A stretch of 12,503 bases of DNA from Microcoleus asticus IPMA8 (GTDB taxonomy: Bacteria > Cyanobacteriota > Cyanobacteriia > Cyanobacteriales > Microcoleaceae). Below are positions 1 through 3,929 of this stretch, in pieces. The first letter of the stretch is position 1; each line of letters starts with the position of its first letter. Both the position numbers and the translations under genes were made by a program. The notes beneath the pieces are model-generated. The model was not told the DNA's origin, made no database searches, and was given only the letters and a program-made list of their open reading frames with translations. Location of the stretch: assembly GCF_013179805.1 (NCBI RefSeq), contig NZ_SRRZ01000172.1, forward strand, positions 1-12,503, given 5' to 3'.

Positions 1-90
1 TACGAAGACGAAGCGATCGCGTTTGAGCCAGTCGTCGAGTACATCAAAGATGCCTCTTTCGGTCTGGGCGCGTCCGACTGCGATTGTCAT
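1..90 (-). CDS. psbD: Photosystem II D2 protein, N-terminal 30 codons (gene continues off the left edge)
   Basis: The reverse complement of 1-90 reads ATG ACA ATC GCA GTC GGA CGC... = [30 protein letters not shown]. This closely matches the conserved D2 N-terminus ([29 protein letters not shown]). A GGAG lies about 9 nt upstream of the ATG on the minus strand. It is too short to appear in the ORF track. Confidence 0.9.
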   Translation of the reverse strand, partial: MTIAVGRAQTERGIFDVLDDWLKRDRFVFV

Positions 91-285
91 TACGCAAATC
101 TCCAAATGGATATAATTACAGCGGATCTTTCTCTAGTCATTAGTCTCCAACCGTTGCCTCTGCTTACCAGAAAACAAGTTGGATTATGAACAGAGTTTAC
201 TTTTCTTTACCGTATTGACGATTATAGAGGTAATTCTTTACAAGAGCAAGTTTTTCTTAAAAAAATTTCGGCTCTTGACTTGTCC

Positions 286-330
286 GAAGTCCCCGAAGTC
301 CCCGAAGCCCTCGAAGTCCCTGAAGTCCTT
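286..330. repeat. Tandem 9-bp repeat, 5 copies (GAAGTCCCC, GAAGTCCCC, GAAGCCCTC, GAAGTCCCT, GAAGTCCTT)
   Basis: Read directly from the sequence: five head-to-tail nonamers, with a partial unit at 281-285. They lie in the psbD upstream region and account for the artefactual SPK-rich ORF 179..454. Confidence 0.85.
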
Positions 331-506
331 GCCCTGCATTTGGGAACTTCTACTATATAGGAGTCTCTGCGCTTTGCGTCAGAAGCCCCGTGGCTTGGTA
401 GATGTATCGCCCTCAACCTCTGATTTTTCTAAGAAACTGGGTTTCCGTGGGTAAGTCCTATATATATACTGAGGATAGAGCTCCAAACTTAGGTTTTTAA
501 GACTAT

Positions 507-779
507 ATGTTCAGCATTGACATCATTGTGAAAAATACGCCCGTCTCGCTGTCGGTGCAGCGGAAGTTGGAGGAGGACGCTGAGACTGTTTACCAGCAGG
601 TACTGGCGGCGATTCGCAACTCCCAACCGCAAGTTTTGGAACTAACTTGCGAGAAAAATCCTGAGAAAAAGGTGGCTGTCGTCAGCAGCGAGATTTCTGG
701 GGTGGTGGTTTCTCAGAAATCGGGGGCGTCATCTACAGGCAGATCCCCGGGTTTTGTCTCGCTGTCGGCAGCAGAATGA
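507..779 (+). CDS. Small soluble hypothetical protein (90 aa), resembling small uncharacterized proteins I recall from cyanobacteria (from memory, unverified)
   Basis: ATG-initiated ORF. Its stop TGA (777-779) overlaps the ATG (776-778) of the downstream ABC ATPase gene as ATGA. Composition looks coding and there are no hydrophobic segments. I did not recognise a catalytic motif. Confidence 0.6.
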   Translation: MFSIDIIVKNTPVSLSVQRKLEEDAETVYQQVLAAIRNSQPQVLELTCEKNPEKKVAVVSSEISGVVVSQKSGASSTGRSPGFVSLSAAE

Positions 780-1474
780 GGGCTGGGGGTGTTGGTGCCG
801 AGATGAGCCAGTCAGCCGTTGCTGTGCGGGATTTGGGTTTTTGCTGGCCGTCGGGCGATCGAGTGTTGCAAGGTTGCTCTCTGGATGTACCCAAGGGCGA
901 GTTTTGGATGCTTTTGGGTACTAACGGCAGCGGCAAGTCTACGCTGTTGAGGCTGATGGCTGGGCTGCTGCACCCCCAGTCGGGGGAAATTGACTTGGGT
1001 GGGCGAGTGGGTTTTGTGTTCCAAAACCCGGATCACCAACTGGTGATGCCGACTGTGGGTGCGGATGTGGCTTTTGGTTTGGTGGAGGAAAAGCTTTCTA
1101 ACGTTCAGGTGCGGGAGAGGGTGGCGGAGGCTTTGGAGGCTGTGAATTTGCTGGATTTGCAGCGGCGGCCGATTTATGCTTTGAGTGGGGGCCAGAAGCA
1201 GCGAATTGCTCTTGCTGGGGCGATCGCCCGTCACTGCGAAATTCTCCTGTTGGACGAACCGACGGCTTTGTTAGATCCTGATTCTCAGTTGGATTTGGTG
1301 GCGGCGGTGCAGCGGTTGGTGAAAAATCGCGGGATTACGGCTTTGTGGGTGACTCACCGTTTGGATGAGTTGAATTATTGTGATGGGGCTTTTTTGTTGG
1401 AAAAGGGCCAAGTGGTCGATCGGGGAGATCCGGCGCGTTTGAAGCAGCGGTTGATGCAAAGTCAAGATGTTTAG
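776..1474 (+). CDS. ABC transporter ATP-binding protein, EcfA/CbiO-like (energy-coupling-factor/cobalt type)
   Basis: Walker A GTNGSGKST, Q-loop region FQNPDHQL, ABC signature LSGGQKQR, Walker B ILLLDEPT and H-loop VTHR are all present. An alternative start is ATG 803 (MSQSAVAVRDL...). Confidence 0.9.
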   Translation: MRAGGVGAEMSQSAVAVRDLGFCWPSGDRVLQGCSLDVPKGEFWMLLGTNGSGKSTLLRLMAGLLHPQSGEIDLGGRVGFVFQNPDHQLVMPTVGADVAFGLVEEKLSNVQVRERVAEALEAVNLLDLQRRPIYALSGGQKQRIALAGAIARHCEILLLDEPTALLDPDSQLDLVAAVQRLVKNRGITALWVTHRLDELNYCDGAFLLEKGQVVDRGDPARLKQRLMQSQDV

Positions 1475-1536
1475 CCCTCAAGCAATTTAAGAATTAAGTC
1501 ACTCGGCGATTGAAATCGCTGCATAGAGTGAAACGA

Positions 1537-1554
1537 AGTCTGCCTCCGCAGACT
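1537..1554. terminator. Hairpin AGTCTGC-ctcc-GCAGACT in a convergent intergenic region (weak terminator candidate)
   Basis: Perfect 7-bp stem with a 4-nt loop, between the 3' ends of the ABC ATPase (+) and the DUF4058 gene (-). There is no clear U-tract on either strand, so confidence is low. Confidence 0.25.
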
Positions 1555-1599
1555 AAGAAATAAATAGGGTATTTAACCAGAATTTGGCTCCAGCCCAAA

Positions 1600-2391
1600 T
1601 TAATCTCGCAATCCTCGATCGCGCAACCAAGCATCTGCCCAAATTGTATCGGCTTCTGATAGCGCTGGTATGACTTCCCAGTTGCGATAATCTATCTTCA
1701 GGTCGTAACTTGCTATGTCGTAAATTTGAGTGAATAATTCCTGCAAGTTTATGACAGGTTCAGTATCGCCAGATCGCAGCGGTAAAGGAAAGGCAGGAAT
1801 CGGGTTTTGCAGGTTAAAAGCATACAAATCCGCTCGGGGACGGCGATTTCCCCGACATACTAAAACGCTATAGTGACTATCAATATTGTTTTCAAGAATT
1901 GGCATTTTTCGACCGCGCCGCAATAAATCTATTTCTATTAAATGAGTGCGACTACTTAAAACTTCTTCTCGCTTTTCCTCATACATTTGTCGCCCTTTGC
2001 CTGTTCGCTTATTCGTAGGCGAGAGAATTTCAATTACTGTTATCAATTCTTTTTCCCCCCTTTCTCTAATTTCTAAATAAGCTTCTCGAAGCGTGTAAGG
2101 TATGGGAAGAGTTACTGTGAATGGTTGTGTAAGCGGTGCTGCCACCGCTACGTTTGATGCTGTTGTTACTGTTGCAGTTTGTGGCTGCATTACAGTTACG
2201 TCGGGAATGCCAATGACTGATAAATCGTCGTCAGCCGTTTCATAGATTCTCACTTCCAGCGACACTAAATACTTAGGACGCAGTTGGGGAGATAAAAACC
2301 TGAAAATTTCACTAATCAGCAAGTTATGCATCCCAGGCCAGAGTTCGGGATGCTCTAAATACGGGTCCATACCGGGAAAGGGAGATGGCAT
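1600..2391 (-). CDS. DUF4058-family protein (Uma2/PD-(D/E)xK restriction-endonuclease-like fold)
   Basis: The N-terminus MPSPFPGMDPYLEHPELWPGMHN is what I recall as typical of DUF4058. IPDV ... EILSPTNK fits a PD...ExK nuclease core. I prefer ATG 2391 over the track's TTG 2412 because AGGAG lies 8-9 nt upstream of it (caAGGAGtcaaatcaATG). Confidence 0.85.
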   Translation of the reverse strand: MPSPFPGMDPYLEHPELWPGMHNLLISEIFRFLSPQLRPKYLVSLEVRIYETADDDLSVIGIPDVTVMQPQTATVTTASNVAVAAPLTQPFTVTLPIPYTLREAYLEIRERGEKELITVIEILSPTNKRTGKGRQMYEEKREEVLSSRTHLIEIDLLRRGRKMPILENNIDSHYSVLVCRGNRRPRADLYAFNLQNPIPAFPLPLRSGDTEPVINLQELFTQIYDIASYDLKIDYRNWEVIPALSEADTIWADAWLRDRGLRD

Positions 2392-2543
2392 TGATTTGAC
2401 TCCTTGACTCAAGTCTATTTATAGTTTAGCAATACTTTTCTGGCGCGAATGGCTTGCCAACAGATTTTAGGGCATAGCTTCGCTTGTGGCAGATGATGAC
2501 TGAAGGCTCGATCGACCTTTTGCAATAATAGGTTCGATCGCAC

Positions 2544-2613
2544 ATCTTGCACTTATTGCCATGTTCCGTCGGGGGTTTAAACTCCTGCCGGAATATGGCA
2601 ACAAATGCAAGAT
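2544..2613. repeat. 70-bp imperfect palindrome (25-bp arms, 22/25 complementary), MITE/REP-like element
   Basis: Left arm 2544-2568 is ATCTTGCACTTATTGCCATGTTCCG. The reverse complement of right arm 2589-2613 is ATCTTGCATTTGTTGCCATATTCCG. The element is flanked by the direct repeat TTCGATCGCA at 2533-2542 and 2619-2628. Confidence 0.5.
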
Positions 2614-2628
2614 ATTAATTCGATCGCA

Positions 2629-2871
2629 TTAACTTTCGATCGACAATTGCATCGGAATTGGAACGCTGTTTTCATCTAAGACAGACAGCGCATTTACGAA
2701 AACAATTGTATGCGGGACTGCGGGCATTAAGCGGCGCAGTGCTTTGAGGTAAGATTCGGCATCGGGGCGGCGGCTGAAACGAGCGACTGTTAACCGCTGA
2801 CAGTTGGGGAGGTGGCGAATTATGCACCAAGGTTGAAGTCGATCGCGATATGTCGGTTGTTTTGGTATCAT
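2629..2871 (-). CDS. Small hypothetical protein (80 aa)
   Basis: ATG start with GGAAGGA about 7 nt upstream on the minus strand. The segment WCIIRHLPNCQRLTVARFSRRPDAESYLKALRRLMP resembles small proteins I recall from cyanobacteria. Function is unknown. Confidence 0.55.
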   Translation of the reverse strand: MIPKQPTYRDRLQPWCIIRHLPNCQRLTVARFSRRPDAESYLKALRRLMPAVPHTIVFVNALSVLDENSVPIPMQLSIES

Positions 2872-2969
2872 AGGAAAATCCTTCCCACTTTTGTGGGTGG
2901 TGAATGAAAGGCGATCGCTCTAGATTTCTCAGGTCCGAGGGCGATCGCTATTAATTGTATATTCATTAA

Positions 2970-2987
2970 ATTACGAGTAGTCGTAAT
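2970..2987. promoter_or_regulatory. Candidate operator palindrome ATTACGA-gtag-TCGTAAT just upstream of the HTH gene
   Basis: Perfect 7-bp inverted repeat. It ends 13 nt before ATG 3001 and starts a few nt downstream of a -10-like TATATT (2958-2963). This position fits autoregulation by the adjacent XRE-type repressor. Confidence 0.3.
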
Positions 2988-3000
2988 TGTCAAGGGCGGA

Positions 3001-3213
3001 ATGGGACGAATTAGACTGCGAGTTCGAGAACTTGCTCAAGAGAAGGGTTGGACTCTTAGGGAAGTCTCCAACAGAACGGGTATTCCATACACTACGATCG
3101 CCACCTATGCCAGTTCTCCAGGTATGGCAACTGTTGACTACACGGCTTTGGACAAGATGGCTCGTGCGTTCGATATTGCGATCGAAGATTTAGTCGAGAT
3201 TTTGGAACAGTAA
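3001..3213 (+). CDS. XRE/Cro-CI family helix-turn-helix transcriptional regulator (70 aa)
   Basis: LRELAQEKGWTLREVSNRTGIPYTTIATY is a canonical HTH_3-type helix-turn-helix pattern. AAGGGCGGA lies directly upstream of the ATG. The overlapping ORF 2987..3193 is in another frame and is rejected. Confidence 0.85.
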   Translation: MGRIRLRVRELAQEKGWTLREVSNRTGIPYTTIATYASSPGMATVDYTALDKMARAFDIAIEDLVEILEQ

Positions 3214-3273
3214 ACTGATTGTGCGTAAAGGACGGCTCTTGCGTTAGCACTTTTTACACGATACTTGCGTATA

Positions 3274-3302
3274 TTGGAATTTTCCGGCTGTAGACTATAG
3301 TC
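3274..3302 (+). promoter_or_regulatory. Candidate sigma70-type promoter (TTGGAA, 16 nt spacer, TATAGT) with a 10-bp palindrome GACTATAGTC over the -10
   Basis: TTGGAA is at 3274-3279 and TATAGT at 3296-3301, 16 nt apart. The perfect palindrome GACTATAGTC (3293-3302) overlaps the -10 element. All of this lies upstream of ORF 3334. Confidence 0.3.
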
Positions 3303-3333
3303 AGGAGTTGTTCAGTCTGCCGGAGTTATATTA

Positions 3334-3825
3334 ATGCCGATCGATCGCCTGTCTGACATGGAAGGGAACTTGGAAGATCTGAAAGAGCAATTAGTGGGCA
3401 AGGTAAAGGCTCTAAATTTAGCACCGCAAGAAGAAAAGATCCGAATTAAACAGCAAATCCGAGAGCTACGCAAGGAGATTCGGGAGCAGGAAGAGGAGGA
3501 TTGGCAGGTTCTCGCTCAGCAAACGAAAACGGTGGAAATTCCCGAACAGGAAGCTGAGATTATTGTTGCCGAGATTGTCGAAGAAGTTGGGCAAATTGAA
3601 GTGCAGGGACAGTATCCCGATGAGGTAATTCAGATTTTGCAGGAGATTCGGGACAGGCTAAACCAACCGGGACCGACAGCAGCCGCGAAACTTAAAGGCG
3701 TGATCTCAACTAATTTCCCGTTCCTGGGAATTTCCTACGAGGCTGAAGTGGATACAGAGGAGTTATTCAACCAGCATTTCCCAACGTTCAACAGGTTAAT
3801 TAAGGCATTAGCAAAAAAGCCCTAG
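3334..3825 (+). CDS. 163-aa coiled-coil/acidic protein with an amphipathic C-terminal segment; probably the N-terminal module of the downstream NB-ARC-TPR protein
   Basis: ATG with GGAG 9 nt upstream. Heptad-like charged region LEDLKEQLVGKVKAL...IRIKQQIRELRKEIREQEEE, then an acidic stretch, then AAKLKGVISTNFPFLGISYEAEVDTEELF. The ORF ends ...GCA AAA AAG CCC TAG, overlapping the open upstream part of the NB-ARC frame. Confidence 0.75.
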   Translation: MPIDRLSDMEGNLEDLKEQLVGKVKALNLAPQEEKIRIKQQIRELRKEIREQEEEDWQVLAQQTKTVEIPEQEAEIIVAEIVEEVGQIEVQGQYPDEVIQILQEIRDRLNQPGPTAAAKLKGVISTNFPFLGISYEAEVDTEELFNQHFPTFNRLIKALAKKP

Positions 3826-3856
3826 ACCTGGAGCGAAAAACACCGAATCCAGGTTT
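3801..3856 (+). other. Candidate -1 recoding cassette: SD-like UAAGG (3801-3805), slippery A_AAA_AAG (3813-3819), hairpin 3824-3832/3848-3856
   Basis: In the zero frame the heptamer reads GC-A AAA AAG, which is the correct X_XXY_YYZ phase. A -1 shift makes GCC (3819-3821) the next codon, and this is in the frame of ORF 3930..6101. ACCTGGA (3826-3832) pairs perfectly with TCCAGGT (3848-3854). The stem is extended by a G-U and an A-U pair, and the loop is 15 nt. Confidence 0.5.
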
Positions 3857-3929
3857 CACAAGTTTTTACCAACTATACGATATTCCCTCCGAACTCGGTT
3901 CCAAAAACTTTGTCGGACGGGATGAGGAA

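Noticed and set aside
179-454. ORFs 179..454 (+) and 222..416 (-) in the psbD upstream region
   Set aside because: Both run through the 9-bp tandem repeat, which produces low-complexity SPK/SGT strings. They overlap each other on opposite strands, have no ribosome-binding site and show no recognisable motif. They are most likely repeat-driven artefacts.
812-1465. Antisense ORFs 812..1234 and 1271..1465 opposite the ABC ATPase
   Set aside because: They lie entirely within a gene that carries the full set of ABC motifs on the other strand. Their products are biased (H/Q/P/R-rich), which is typical of shadow frames.
1506-1536. CRISPR-repeat-like ends (GATTGAAATCGC ... GAGTGAAAC)
   Set aside because: There is a single occurrence, with no second repeat copy or spacer structure anywhere in the window.
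2528-2545. tRNA T-arm-like string GGTTCGATCGC
   Set aside because: The flanking bases do not form a T-stem, and no acceptor or anticodon arms can be drawn. The match comes from the HIP1-like CGATCG core.
2987-3193. ORF 2987..3193 (+), overlapping the HTH gene in another frame
   Set aside because: The 3001..3213 frame gives a textbook XRE helix-turn-helix and has a ribosome-binding site. The alternative frame has no motif and an odd W/R/L-rich composition.
3221-3256. Possible terminator after the HTH gene (GTGCgTAA ... TTAGCAC followed by TTTTT)
   Set aside because: The stem is short, bulged and AT-rich, with a 15-nt loop, which is too weak to call. The HTH gene and the downstream unit may well be co-transcribed as well as separately promoted.
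3804-3929. Independent non-canonical start (CTG 3828 or ATT 3807) for the NB-ARC protein
   Set aside because: No ribosome-binding site precedes either codon, and such starts are rare. The exact overlap with the in-phase A_AAA_AAG at the end of the upstream ORF explains the open frame more economically. This is not formally excluded.
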